In this document: positions 1 through 9,794 of the stretch, piece by piece
Numbering within the stretch: position 1 is the first letter of the stretch
How the letters are laid out: each line of letters begins with the position of its first letter
Assembly: GCA_040397175.1 (NCBI GenBank)
Contig: JBBAWM010000001.1
Coordinates: forward strand, 153,976 to 217,975
Source of the DNA: Candidatus Limnocylindrus sp.
GTDB taxonomy: Bacteria; Chloroflexota; Limnocylindria; Limnocylindrales; Limnocylindraceae
Reading direction: 5' to 3'
Length of the DNA stretch: 64,000 bases
Notes under the pieces: model-generated
Databases searched by the model: none
The model's input: the letters and a program-made list of their open reading frames with translations, nothing else
What the model was told of the DNA's origin: nothing
Made by a program: the position numbers and the translations under genes

Positions 1-260
1 GCGTGCGTGGTGCCTACGGATTCGGCCTGAAGGACATTGCCAAGGCGATGCGTGCCGAGGGTCTTATTGACGTCTCATGGGGTGACGGGCCCGCCGACGG
101 GATGGGCGCGATGGCTGCCGCCTATACCGCCGATGCCCGCGCCGCGGTCGAAGGGAGGCGCCTGGCCGACTACGACTACTTCCGCGCCGGCACCGAGTAC
201 AACGCGGCCGACTGCCGCTCGATGTCGCTTGTGCTCGCCTGGCTACGCGCGAACCGCTAA
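1..260 (+). CDS. C-terminal fragment of a TM0106-family RecB-like nuclease / RNase H-like domain protein (runs off the left edge)
   Basis: GAYGFGLKDIAK ... YNAADC motifs typical of the RNase_H_2 C-terminus; stop TAA at 258-260. Confidence 0.6.
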   Translation, partial: VRGAYGFGLKDIAKAMRAEGLIDVSWGDGPADGMGAMAAAYTADARAAVEGRRLADYDYFRAGTEYNAADCRSMSLVLAWLRANR

Positions 261-280
261 CCGCCTCGTTCTACCAGCCA

Positions 281-320
281 CAAAGCAACGGAGCGCCACC
301 CCTTCCGAGGTGACGCCCCG
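281..320 (-). terminator. Intrinsic terminator downstream of the subtilase gene
   Basis: Minus strand CGGGGCGTCACCTC-GGAA-GGGGTGGCGCTCCG followed by TTGCTTT; 14-bp stem with G-U pairs and a GNRA loop. Confidence 0.7.
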
Positions 321-339
321 ATGCGCCGCGCTAGCGGAA

Positions 340-3300
340 TCAGCTCGCCGCGGGCGGTACGAGAATCTCGTAAACCTCTGAGCTCGTGCCGGCGTTGAAC
401 TCGTTCCAGATCAGCCATCCGAGGCTGGTCGTGGTTCCACCGACTGATGGGTGTCCGAGCGTTGGGAACGCCCCGGTCTCCGAGTCGCCACTGGAACCAT
501 TCGCGACGCTTAGGTCAGACACAAACTGACCGCTCGTAGCGATCTCGTCGTATGAGACGAAGAGCCACGAACTCCCAGTGGAATCAGAATCCCAACCGCC
601 GCCGTTGTAGCTACTGACCTTGAACTTCGCACCGCCAACAGCATCCGTATCCCATACTAAAGACTGACTGATGCTGACAAAGACCACCGAGGTGATTGGA
701 TCGGCGTACGCCGTGCAATCGCTACCAGTGAGGTCATAGAGCCCGTCAACGGTGCCGTTCCATGCGAGGTGATCAATGAGGAAGCAGCCGAGCGTTCCGT
801 CGGCGCTGCCACTGTTTACCAGACCCCGATCGGCAATGGCAATTGTTTGGTCAGGATTCCCATCATTATCTGCATCAAACTCAATGTCCCATTCGTTAAG
901 CGCTGCATTGGACATGAGATCCCAACTGGAGATCATCATCTCAAAGCTGCCAGCAGAGCTGTCTGCCCAGTCGGCTGGAATGTTCCTGGCATTGACTCCG
1001 ATGTTCTTGATGTCGGCTCCGTTGCCAGTGCGCTCCCGACCATCTCGGGCCAGCCAGACGAACGGATAGAGATCAACGGATCGAGTCGAACCATCTGCCT
1101 GATTCGCGTCCTGTGCTCCGGTGGTCAACGCATACGTGTAGTCGTAGCGACTCGCACCTCCCGATGCGCTGAAGTTGAACTTTTCGACGTGCTGGAACAT
1201 TGCGAACACGGGAAGTCGTAGGGATGGTCGGCCGCTTGAGGTAGCTGTAACAATGGCGTTGAGCGAGCTTGCCCCGAATCCGTCGAAGTTCTTCTGTGCT
1301 GCAACTGTGGCGGTCAACTTGACCGTTAACGTGGCGAACCCCTGCGGAGCCAAGACGATGGTCCTGGATCCGGTCAACTTCGTGGAGCCGCGATACACCG
1401 CGATCGTTACGCCGCTTGGAAGGGTGAACCCCGCAGCCGCCGCCGCAGAGAAGGAGAATCGCGCGGTGGTGGCGCCGTAATTCTTGATGACGAACGTCTG
1501 ATTTTTCACGATGGTTGAGGCCGCATCGCCGTAGACCATGCCGAAACTCATCGTTGCATTTGGCCCAGCATCGATGGTGACCTTGGATTTGACAGCGTTT
1601 ACCGCATTGACACGACCAGCACCGACAGAGCGGAGCAAGACGTTACTGCCCACAGACTGCGCAGTGTTGATCAGCGCCGACTTAATGAGGGCGGGGGTCC
1701 ACTTTGGATTGGCCTGCTTGACCAGCGCCGCTACGCCGGCAACCACCGGGGTTGCCATCGAGGTGCCGCTGAACCAGGCAACGCCGTCGCCGCTTCCGGA
1801 AGCTGCCGACACGATGTCGACACCCGGAGCTGCGATCTCAGGCTTCAGCGCAAGGTCGCCCCAGCGCGGTCCGCCTGACGAAAAGTCTGCGACGGTGTGG
1901 TACATCGGGTTTGTGACTCCAGAAGACAAGGTCGAGATGCTTGCCGTGGCTCCTTCAGTGATCGCTGCGCGGAGCGAACCCTCACCATCGCCGTTGAGCA
2001 TCAGCACTGGGATTGCTGCTGTTGGCAAATCTGGGCCTTGGAATGGCGGGTATGACGAGTTGTCGTCGTCGTCATTACCAAGCACATTATCCTCTCCGTC
2101 GAGGACATTAATTTTTTGCAAGATGATGACGGCCACAGCGCCCTTCCCGTAGGCCGAGTCGACCTTCTCCTTGAAGGTGCACGAGCCGCGACGCAGAATG
2201 ACTATTTTTCCAGTGAGGTTTGTTGAGGTATCCCAGTCAGGCGTGTATGTAGCGCCATCGTCGCCGCTTGCGGGGCATCCGAGTGAATAGGCTGTGCCAT
2301 CCGCGATGGTGAACAGACTCGTAATCGGGCCGGACACTGGGGTAGTGAGATCAAACACATTGGTGTTGGAGAAGGCGACAGGAGACGCCCCACCCAGAAC
2401 TGCGGAGGCGAGCGTGAGCTTCGCACCTGGGTACGACGCCCGGTCATCGAGCGCGGCGACCGAGATCGCGCCATCTTCGGTAGAAGGGGAGCCAACCAGG
2501 AATGGCTGATCACCCTCGTTTCCTGCGGCGATGACTACGGTCACGCCAGCCTTCTCGGCGGCGTTGATCGCAGCCTGCTCAGCCCCACCCTTGATGCCGT
2601 ACGCCGAGCCAAGGGAGAGGTTGATGACGTTCGCCCCAAGAGCAACCGCCTTCTCAATGCCGTCCGCGGCGAGCTCGGTTGCGCCATCGCAACCGAAGAC
2701 GCGCACTGCGATCAGCGAGGCGAGTGGGGCCATTCCTGGCGCCAGGGTGAAGGTTGAGACATCGGTTGTGCTCTTGTAGTACTCGCCGGCAACGGTGCCG
2801 TACGTGTGGCCGCCCTTAATACCGAAGCCAGCAATGGTGCCAGCGACGTGGGTGCCGTGGCCGCCACCTTGCGCAAGGGTGCAGTCTTTTGGGTCGCTAT
2901 CTGGCTGTGGTAGTTCATGGATGCCACCGTCTCCCGGTGCGTAATCATCACCGACGAGGTCATAGCCAGCGATCACCTTCGCGGTTGGGAACTGAGGAGC
3001 GGGCAGAGGCGCCTGCGTAATGCGAACGAAGTCGTGATGCGTGTAGTCAATGCCCGTGTCAATGACGGCAACCTTTATGCCGTAGCCGGTGCCGACCTTT
3101 GACGTTGCAGTCTGCGCCCAAACGTTCTTCGCCTGAACCTCTGTTGCTGCGCCAGCGTTCAATGGTGTTGCGCCACCACGGCCGCTCACTGCGCCGCCGG
3201 TGACGGTCATCCGCTTGTAGCGGGTGACGAGCTGAACGTCGGCAACGTGCGGGTTGGCACGCAGCGCCTCGAGCTGCGAGGCAGGAATGTGAATACGAAG

Positions 3301-3663
3301 TCCGTTGAAGAGGTAGCGGAACTCAGCGTTCACCGTGCCGCCAAGAGCGGTGATCGCTGCGCGTGCGCCAATGCGCTCGCTAATCTGCGCGCCCTGGAGG
3401 GCGAGCGGTTGCGCCGCGCCACCAGCCGAGCGCGGTGCGCCCAGGCCTGGGGTGCGCAAGGTAACGACCAGGTGGAGGATGCCGTTCTTGTCAGCGCCGC
3501 GGAGGAGCACCTTGCTCTCGATTGGGCGCATGCCGGTCAGCAGCACCTTGTGTCGGTTTGCCGCTGACGCGCTTGGCGCGAGGAGTACCGCTGCAAGCAT
3601 CGCGATCAAAATGATCGTGCGGCGTGTTCCTCGTGGGGTTGCGGTGTGTGACTGGTGGCTCAT
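340..3663 (-). CDS. Secreted S8 subtilisin-like serine protease (Vpr/C5a type) with I9 prodomain, PA domain and long C-terminal beta-rich region
   Basis: Signal peptide (LLAPSASA); catalytic IDTG, HGTHVAG, GTSMATP; PA motif RRGSCTF; KPEIAAPG; SD GGAGGT before ATG 3663. Confidence 0.9.
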   Translation of the reverse strand: MSHQSHTATPRGTRRTIILIAMLAAVLLAPSASAANRHKVLLTGMRPIESKVLLRGADKNGILHLVVTLRTPGLGAPRSAGGAAQPLALQGAQISERIGARAAITALGGTVNAEFRYLFNGLRIHIPASQLEALRANPHVADVQLVTRYKRMTVTGGAVSGRGGATPLNAGAATEVQAKNVWAQTATSKVGTGYGIKVAVIDTGIDYTHHDFVRITQAPLPAPQFPTAKVIAGYDLVGDDYAPGDGGIHELPQPDSDPKDCTLAQGGGHGTHVAGTIAGFGIKGGHTYGTVAGEYYKSTTDVSTFTLAPGMAPLASLIAVRVFGCDGATELAADGIEKAVALGANVINLSLGSAYGIKGGAEQAAINAAEKAGVTVVIAAGNEGDQPFLVGSPSTEDGAISVAALDDRASYPGAKLTLASAVLGGASPVAFSNTNVFDLTTPVSGPITSLFTIADGTAYSLGCPASGDDGATYTPDWDTSTNLTGKIVILRRGSCTFKEKVDSAYGKGAVAVIILQKINVLDGEDNVLGNDDDDNSSYPPFQGPDLPTAAIPVLMLNGDGEGSLRAAITEGATASISTLSSGVTNPMYHTVADFSSGGPRWGDLALKPEIAAPGVDIVSAASGSGDGVAWFSGTSMATPVVAGVAALVKQANPKWTPALIKSALINTAQSVGSNVLLRSVGAGRVNAVNAVKSKVTIDAGPNATMSFGMVYGDAASTIVKNQTFVIKNYGATTARFSFSAAAAAGFTLPSGVTIAVYRGSTKLTGSRTIVLAPQGFATLTVKLTATVAAQKNFDGFGASSLNAIVTATSSGRPSLRLPVFAMFQHVEKFNFSASGGASRYDYTYALTTGAQDANQADGSTRSVDLYPFVWLARDGRERTGNGADIKNIGVNARNIPADWADSSAGSFEMMISSWDLMSNAALNEWDIEFDADNDGNPDQTIAIADRGLVNSGSADGTLGCFLIDHLAWNGTVDGLYDLTGSDCTAYADPITSVVFVSISQSLVWDTDAVGGAKFKVSSYNGGGWDSDSTGSSWLFVSYDEIATSGQFVSDLSVANGSSGDSETGAFPTLGHPSVGGTTTSLGWLIWNEFNAGTSSEVYEILVPPAAS

Positions 3664-3718
3664 GGCGGGCACCTCCCTGTAGGGGGAGACAATCCTCTAC
3701 TGAGGGTTGGGCGGCCCC

Positions 3719-5119
3719 TTAACGGCGACGATAGCGCCTAGCGACCACCGAATACAGAGGTAGTTTCAGTAATAGGTTTGAGATTGAGCGCCCCTCTCGG
3801 CCATTGGGCCCCTCGACCGCCAACAGGCGGTCGGCGGCATCCCCCTCCACGTGCCGGGGGTCGCAGAAGGCCACATCGATCTCGACCTCCCCAGGGATGG
3901 GGGTACCGAGCAGGTCGGCGAGATCGTGGGGGAGTGGCTCCTCAAAGTAGTCGGCGCGGAGCTCCTCCTCCATCTGCCAGCGAGGGCTGCGGAAGAGCAC
4001 CGCGCGCCAGGCGTCTGCCACGGCGGGGGTGACGGTGCCGTCCTTCGGTTGCGGGTTGGGTGAAAGATCCTGCCCGCGCGACCAGCGGGCCGCCTGATGC
4101 AGCAGGGTGTACTCATCGAGTTCGAGATAGGCGGCAAGGTCGTCGGCGGGTGAGGCGTCGCCAAAGATCGCACGAATCCCAGGCGCAAAGGCCTCCTTCA
4201 TGTCGAGGTCGATGCCGCGCACGGTGCGATGCAGGTAGACCTGCTGATAGAGGAACTGTCGCGCACCAAGGAACGACTCGAGTGCACCAACGGCCGGCTC
4301 ATACAGCGTGAGACCGCGTGCGCCAATGAAGCTGTAGTGGCGGAGTCGCTCCACATCAACCGCGGCAGTACGCACGCCGGTCATGTAGGAATCGCGTCGC
4401 ACGTAGTCGAGGTTGTCGACGGTGAAGACACCCGAGAGGAGTGGCTGCAGGATGCGCACCCAGGCTGGGATTGCAGGGTCTTCGAGGGGTGGTTTCGAAA
4501 TCAGGAAGCTGACCCAGCGCGGATCAATCGACTCTAAGGTGGCGATGGCGTCGCGGGTTGCCGAGTCTCCGGGCGCGCGACGAAGCTTGGTGATGATTGG
4601 CGCAAGCTCGCGCTCAATGATCAGCGCGGAGAGATCCTCATGGGCGAGCCGCTTTCCCGATGGGCGGCGCGAATCAGCCGGCGCCGCGAAGGCTTCGAGA
4701 ACGGCGTGATCGAAGAAGTGCGCGAACGGGCCGTGGCCCACGTCGTGTAAGAGTCCTGCAACGCGGAGCGTTTCAACAACGAGCCCTTCGCTTGGCGGAG
4801 TTTCGCCGTCGTTGGTGAGTCGAGTCGCAAGTGACGGATAGAGGTGCCGTGCCCAGAGGCCTGCCTCATGCATGACGCCGAGGCCATGCGAGAAGCGGCT
4901 GTGCTCGGCGGTAGGGAAGACCCATCGAGCGCTCTGCAGTTGGCTGATGCGGCGCAGGCGCTGCAGCCAGGGGCTGTCGAGCAGATCCTCCTCGGCGGCC
5001 TCCTCTTGGGCGTAGCCGGTGGCGGCTGCGCCCTCAGGGGTGAGGCGCTTGGTGAGCTCGATATAGCCGTGAATCGGGTCGCTGATCAGGTTGACCGCCT
5101 TGAACTGCTCCGCATCCAT
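3719..5119 (-). CDS. HD-domain phosphohydrolase (SAMHD1/dNTP triphosphohydrolase-like)
   Basis: DPIHG, QRLRRISQL, HSRFSHGLG, LLHDVGHGPFAH, DNLDYVRRD, VYLHRT motifs. Confidence 0.85.
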   Translation of the reverse strand: MDAEQFKAVNLISDPIHGYIELTKRLTPEGAAATGYAQEEAAEEDLLDSPWLQRLRRISQLQSARWVFPTAEHSRFSHGLGVMHEAGLWARHLYPSLATRLTNDGETPPSEGLVVETLRVAGLLHDVGHGPFAHFFDHAVLEAFAAPADSRRPSGKRLAHEDLSALIIERELAPIITKLRRAPGDSATRDAIATLESIDPRWVSFLISKPPLEDPAIPAWVRILQPLLSGVFTVDNLDYVRRDSYMTGVRTAAVDVERLRHYSFIGARGLTLYEPAVGALESFLGARQFLYQQVYLHRTVRGIDLDMKEAFAPGIRAIFGDASPADDLAAYLELDEYTLLHQAARWSRGQDLSPNPQPKDGTVTPAVADAWRAVLFRSPRWQMEEELRADYFEEPLPHDLADLLGTPIPGEVEIDVAFCDPRHVEGDAADRLLAVEGPNGREGRSISNLLLKLPLYSVVARRYRRR

Positions 5120-5121
5120 GG

Positions 5122-6144
5122 CTACGCGTTCGGCTTTGCTGTGGTGCCGTATCGCGCAGCGGCGGCACTGTGCGTGCGCGCCATGTCATCGCGCAGCGCG
5201 TCAGGGCGAAGCACCTCGGCGCCCTCGCCCCAGGTCAGCACCCAGGCGCGAATCTCGAGCAGGCCCGAAACACGCGCGCGCCAGATGAGTGACCCATCGG
5301 GCTGCTCTTCAATGGTTTGCGACGGATGCCAGCGCGTCTCCTTTGCGCGGGCGGCCGACTCCTTATTGAAGCGAATCACGATTTCCTCGAGCGGCTGGTC
5401 GGCGACGATGTCCCATGCCGATGCGAGGGTGCGCTCAAGCTCCACCTCTTTCGGTAGTTCAAAGGTGGCGGTGGTGACGCGCACGTTGCTGATGCGATCG
5501 ACTCGGAAGGTGCGTAGCGCGTTCCGAGTCTCATCGTGGCCGATGAGATACGTGGTGTGTGTTGCGGCCGATGGTTCCATCAGATAGGGATGCACGCGTG
5601 CCCGTCGGCTGCTCCCCGGATTGCTCCATGCCGGCGCGTAGTCAAACTCAACCACACGGCCAGTCACCCACGCAGTGGTGAGGAGGCGTAGTCGTTCACG
5701 CGCGTCGCTATCGGTGGTGAGTTGGCTCAACTGCGTCACCGTGCGCTCCACGGCGCTGCGCAACGGATTCTCGAGCAAGCTGCCAAGCTTCATGAGAGCT
5801 GCGCCAAGTTCAGGGTCATAGCCAGTAGAAAACTTTGCGAGAAGTCGCGCGGCAAGGACCACCGAGATGGCCTCATCTTTACTGAAGCGCAGCTCTGGCA
5901 GGAGTCCCTCTTGCGAAACACCCCATCGGCCGAGGTTGTTCCATACCGGCACACCAACACTCGCTTCGAGCGCTTGCAGATCGCGGTAGGCGGTGCGGCG
6001 ACTGACGCCGAGCTTCTTGGCAAGATCCTCCGGTCGGATCCCCGCCTCGCCTGCGGCCTCGACGTAGCGCAGGGTGCGCAGGAGTCGAGCGCTCCGGTCG
6101 CTCTTCTGGAAGTCGGCGTCGCCCTCAGGCGGGTGGCTGCTCAT
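5122..6144 (-). CDS. HTH-WYL-WCX transcriptional regulator (PafB/PafC/YafY-like)
   Basis: N-terminal HTH (GVSRRTAYRDL), WYL motifs (VHPY, YLIGHD, RTFRVDRI), WCX tail (WVLTWG..AEVLRP). Confidence 0.9.
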   Translation of the reverse strand: MSSHPPEGDADFQKSDRSARLLRTLRYVEAAGEAGIRPEDLAKKLGVSRRTAYRDLQALEASVGVPVWNNLGRWGVSQEGLLPELRFSKDEAISVVLAARLLAKFSTGYDPELGAALMKLGSLLENPLRSAVERTVTQLSQLTTDSDARERLRLLTTAWVTGRVVEFDYAPAWSNPGSSRRARVHPYLMEPSAATHTTYLIGHDETRNALRTFRVDRISNVRVTTATFELPKEVELERTLASAWDIVADQPLEEIVIRFNKESAARAKETRWHPSQTIEEQPDGSLIWRARVSGLLEIRAWVLTWGEGAEVLRPDALRDDMARTHSAAAARYGTTAKPNA

Positions 6145-6191
6145 GGCTCAGATTGTGCCACTCCGCCCCCAGTCGGGAGCACCCTTCAGGT

Positions 6192-6917
6192 TTAGCGCGG
6201 CCGCGCCGCCTCAACGAATGCGGCCCAGACGCGCTCAAGGTCGGCGGGGCTGCTCTCGGTGCGCTCGGGGTGGCACTGCACGCCGAGCACGAATCGCTCG
6301 CCCGGCTCCTCGAGACCTTCAACGAGGGTGCCGCGTGGTGAGTCGGTGAAGGCTGAGGCACGCAGCGCGGGCGCAAGGCGCTCTGGGCTGACCGCCTGAT
6401 GGTGATAACTGTTCACCGCAAGGGGCGTGGTGCGATCGCCGAGGATCTGCGCCAGCTTGCTGCCCCCCTGCACATCGAGTGGATGCGAAAGTGCAGGTGT
6501 TGCCGGATACGCCGCGCCGACCTGCCCCTCAACATGCTGCAGCAGCGAACCGCCGCGATGCACATTCAAGAACTGCAAGCCGCGACAGATGCCAAACACC
6601 GGAATACCGCGACGATCCGCAGCGTCAAGCGCGGCCCACTCCAGCGCATCGCGCGCTGGCTCAATGCCGATGGCGCCATCAATTGGCTCGTTGTAGCGCG
6701 CCGGGTCAATGTCGGCGCCGCCCGAAAGGAGTAGGCCATCCATCGTGGCGAATGCGGTTGCGCGCTGCTCGTCGGTGGCGCTGGCACTCAGCAGAATGGG
6801 AATGCCGCCAGCTCGTCGCACGCCATCGGCGTAGCGCGCGTTAATCAGATGGATCGGCGCAGCATCGTCAGGCTCGTCATGATCGGCGACGGTGATGAGA
6901 ATGAGCGGCGCGCTCAT
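6192..6917 (-). CDS. Gamma-glutamyl-GABA hydrolase family (peptidase C26, class I glutamine amidotransferase)
   Basis: LLLSGGADIDP, GICRG, VNSYHHQAV, GVQCHPE motifs. Confidence 0.85.
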   Translation of the reverse strand: MSAPLILITVADHDEPDDAAPIHLINARYADGVRRAGGIPILLSASATDEQRATAFATMDGLLLSGGADIDPARYNEPIDGAIGIEPARDALEWAALDAADRRGIPVFGICRGLQFLNVHRGGSLLQHVEGQVGAAYPATPALSHPLDVQGGSKLAQILGDRTTPLAVNSYHHQAVSPERLAPALRASAFTDSPRGTLVEGLEEPGERFVLGVQCHPERTESSPADLERVWAAFVEAARPR

Positions 6918-8197
6918 CAGCCGATGCGCACACCGCTCGCTTTCGCGAGCTCTTTCAGCGAAGCGATCAGTCGATCAATCTCTTCCATGGTGTTGTACGA
7001 CATGAGGCCAACGCGCAGCAGGCCGCCGTGCTCGGTAAGGCCGAGTGCCGCAACTGGATTCACGGCGTAGAAGTCGCCGTCCCACACCTGAATGCCTTCG
7101 GCGCCAAGGTGCGTCGCCGCTTCGGTTGGGGTGGCCCACTCCATCGTGAATGAGACGATGGAGGTGCGGTGATCGAGCTGATCGCGGTCGGTGATGCCGT
7201 AGACCTTGACCCCTGGGATCTCGGCGAGTCGGTCGAGCAGGTGCACGATCAGTTCACGTTCGTAGAGGGTGATCGCCTGCAGGCCGGCACGAATCTCGGC
7301 GCGGCGACCGGTCAGTTGGGTTGAGGCACCCGTGTGCCCAAACTCTCGTCCGATCCAGGCGAGATGGTCGATCGCGGCGGTCGTTCCCGCCATCCCTTCG
7401 AAGCTTGGGGTGCCCGTCTCCCAGAGATCGTGGGCGGGGCGCACCTTATAGCGACCGTAGCGCTCAAGGAGCGGCAACTTCCCGTAGAGGAGCCCTGCAT
7501 GTGGCCCGTAGAACTTGTATGGAGAGCAGAGCAGGAAGTCGGTGTCGAGCGCCTGCACATCAATCGGGTAGTGCGGCGCCGAACAGACCGCGTCCAGCAC
7601 GGTGAGTGCGCCGGCCTCATGGGCGAGGCGAACGATCTCCTTGCACGGGTTGATGGTGCCGACGGCGTTGGACGACATGCCGACGGCTACGATCTTGGTG
7701 CGCGGGGAGCGCAGTGCCGCATACGCCTCGATGTCGAGGGTCGCGTCGCTGGTGCGGATCGGAATGACCTTGAGGGTGAGGCCAAAGTCTTCGGCGAGCC
7801 AGAGCCAGGGGCTGTAGTTCGCATCATGATCGAGCTGCGAGACGATCACCTCGTCGCCCGGCTTCAGGCTCTTCGCCAGCGATCGCGAGAGCTGGAAGTT
7901 GAGCGTCGACATGTTGGCGCCGAACTTCACCGACTCCTTCGGCGCGTTCAGCAGATCTTCAGCCGCGCGATGCGCCGCATCTTCGACCTGCTGCTGTCGC
8001 TGTGAAGTGATGAAGGCACCACCGGAGTTGGCATTGGCATGCAAGAAGAAGTCGCGATATGCATCAATGACCGCCCGTGGCACCTGGGTGCCGGCTGGTC
8101 CGTCGAGGAAGCTGAGCTGCCGACCGTCGGGGAGGGTGTTCGCCAGCGAGGGAAATTTTGCGCGGATGGCGGCGACGTCGTAGGGCTTGGTGCTCAT
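6917..8197 (-). CDS. Cysteine desulfurase-like PLP protein (aminotransferase class V)
   Basis: DGPAGTQVP, LDHDANYSPW, SPYKFYGPH (PLP Lys), ETGTPSFEG. Confidence 0.85.
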   Translation of the reverse strand: MSTKPYDVAAIRAKFPSLANTLPDGRQLSFLDGPAGTQVPRAVIDAYRDFFLHANANSGGAFITSQRQQQVEDAAHRAAEDLLNAPKESVKFGANMSTLNFQLSRSLAKSLKPGDEVIVSQLDHDANYSPWLWLAEDFGLTLKVIPIRTSDATLDIEAYAALRSPRTKIVAVGMSSNAVGTINPCKEIVRLAHEAGALTVLDAVCSAPHYPIDVQALDTDFLLCSPYKFYGPHAGLLYGKLPLLERYGRYKVRPAHDLWETGTPSFEGMAGTTAAIDHLAWIGREFGHTGASTQLTGRRAEIRAGLQAITLYERELIVHLLDRLAEIPGVKVYGITDRDQLDHRTSIVSFTMEWATPTEAATHLGAEGIQVWDGDFYAVNPVAALGLTEHGGLLRVGLMSYNTMEEIDRLIASLKELAKASGVRIG

Positions 8198-8214
8198 GGC
8201 GCGATCGTACTGGG

Positions 8215-9150
8215 TTAGCGGCGTCGGCGAGTCGCTAGTCGCGTGAACAGCACCACGACAACGGCGAAGAGGAGGGGGAGGGCGAACATCGCGACAAGGC
8301 CGAGCAGTCCACCGGGACCAACGCTGACCCCGCCGTTGCGTGCATCACCAGATTCCGGGGAGGGGGTCGGTGAGGGGGCGGGGCTCGACGCATCGGCACC
8401 AAATGCGGGTGAGGCAAGCGCGAGGGCGATGCCCCCGAGCAGTAGCAGCAGGCCGAGGGCCAGCAGGGCGAGCGCCGCCGTACTGCTGGCGAGCCGCCCA
8501 CGCCCCTCGCCCCCAAGCAGTCGCAGCGCCTCGGCACGATCCAGGGTGGTGACCACAAGTGGTCGACCAGCACCCGCGCGCAACTCCCCATCAACGAGTT
8601 GCCCCGCCGCAGTGGCGCGATCCAGATTGCTGATCTGCTCCAGGCCAACTCGCGCCTGGCGCGACGGGTCGCTCGCTGCAAGCGCGGCAACGAGTGCCGC
8701 TGTGTCAGCGCTCTGATACTCGCGGCCAGCGGCGTGAAGTTCGGCGACGCTCCCCTCCCAGCGACGCTCAACTACGACGAGTCCGTCGGCAAGGTCAACG
8801 GTGGCAATCGTGATTGCGCTGCTCGCGTCGCTGATCACAAATGGAAGGCTGCGCACGGCATCATCAATCACGCGCCAACCCTGCTCGTCGGCAATGGAGA
8901 CACGTTCGCGCCGGTAGACGAGTGGCCGGTGATGTTCGTCTTCGAAGATCTCTGGCGCATCGATGCTCCCCTTGATGGCGAGATATGGCGCCGACTCGCC
9001 TCGCAGCGCGACAAGGCGCAGCGCTTCGGTCGGGGAGATGGGGGAGAGGCCGGCAAGGAGTTGCCCGGCGCGCGTGCGTACGTCGGTACGTCGCGAGAGG
9101 AGCAGTCCGGCAACGATGAGCGCGGCGCCGATCAGCGGGATCGGGTTCAT
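8215..9150 (-). CDS. Hypothetical membrane protein
   Basis: 311-aa ORF with N-terminal TM, two C-terminal TMs separated by a Pro/Ser/Thr linker and a terminal RRRR; ATGA overlap with the upstream gene. Confidence 0.6.
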   Translation of the reverse strand: MNPIPLIGAALIVAGLLLSRRTDVRTRAGQLLAGLSPISPTEALRLVALRGESAPYLAIKGSIDAPEIFEDEHHRPLVYRRERVSIADEQGWRVIDDAVRSLPFVISDASSAITIATVDLADGLVVVERRWEGSVAELHAAGREYQSADTAALVAALAASDPSRQARVGLEQISNLDRATAAGQLVDGELRAGAGRPLVVTTLDRAEALRLLGGEGRGRLASSTAALALLALGLLLLLGGIALALASPAFGADASSPAPSPTPSPESGDARNGGVSVGPGGLLGLVAMFALPLLFAVVVVLFTRLATRRRR

Positions 9151-9761
9151 GAGCCTTGCCTTCCGCTCTCGGGATCAATCGCCTGTACATCGCCGTTGAT
9201 GCTTGTGACGATGAGACGACCGCCAATCAGTTCGGCGGCACCGACCACATCGCTGTGCGCGAGTCGCCAACGTACCTCGCCGTCGCCGCGAATCGCCCAG
9301 GTTTCGACCTCGCTCTGCACGATCACATGGCCAAAGCGTGGCGATGCGATGAGCTCCACAACTGGGGTGCCGGTCTGATGGCTCCAGGCGAGGGCACCAG
9401 TGCGCGCACCGAACGCATAGACGGTGAAGCCGTAACCGACAACAAAGAGTTGGGCATCGTCCCAATGAATAGCGCGCGGCTCGTCGTAGATGACGGTGGC
9501 GAGTCGTACCGCCCAGGCGCCGCCCGGGGTCTCCACGCGGAGCTCCATGCGGCAGAGTCGATCGGGGTCACCCTCAGCACCAGCGCCGAGTGCGCCATGA
9601 TCAACGAGGGTGGCACCCGCTTCGGAGAGGGCGAAGACCGCGGCGGCCTGGCCGCTGCTCCCCCAGGTGGCGCGAACGCGCAGGCCGCCTGGGAAGTCGC
9701 TGATGCGACTCTTCGGCTCGCCGGCTCCGGTTGGGATGGGGGCGCTCGCACGGTCGTTCAC
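9147..9761 (-). CDS. Hypothetical protein with PQQ-like beta-propeller repeats
   Basis: AFGARTGALAW, GDGEVRW, AIDPESG repeat signatures; GTG start 6 nt after TAGAAT. Confidence 0.6.
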   Translation of the reverse strand: MNDRASAPIPTGAGEPKSRISDFPGGLRVRATWGSSGQAAAVFALSEAGATLVDHGALGAGAEGDPDRLCRMELRVETPGGAWAVRLATVIYDEPRAIHWDDAQLFVVGYGFTVYAFGARTGALAWSHQTGTPVVELIASPRFGHVIVQSEVETWAIRGDGEVRWRLAHSDVVGAAELIGGRLIVTSINGDVQAIDPESGRQGS

Positions 9762-9794
9762 CCAACGATTCTAGGCGCGACGTACGCTTAGGCC

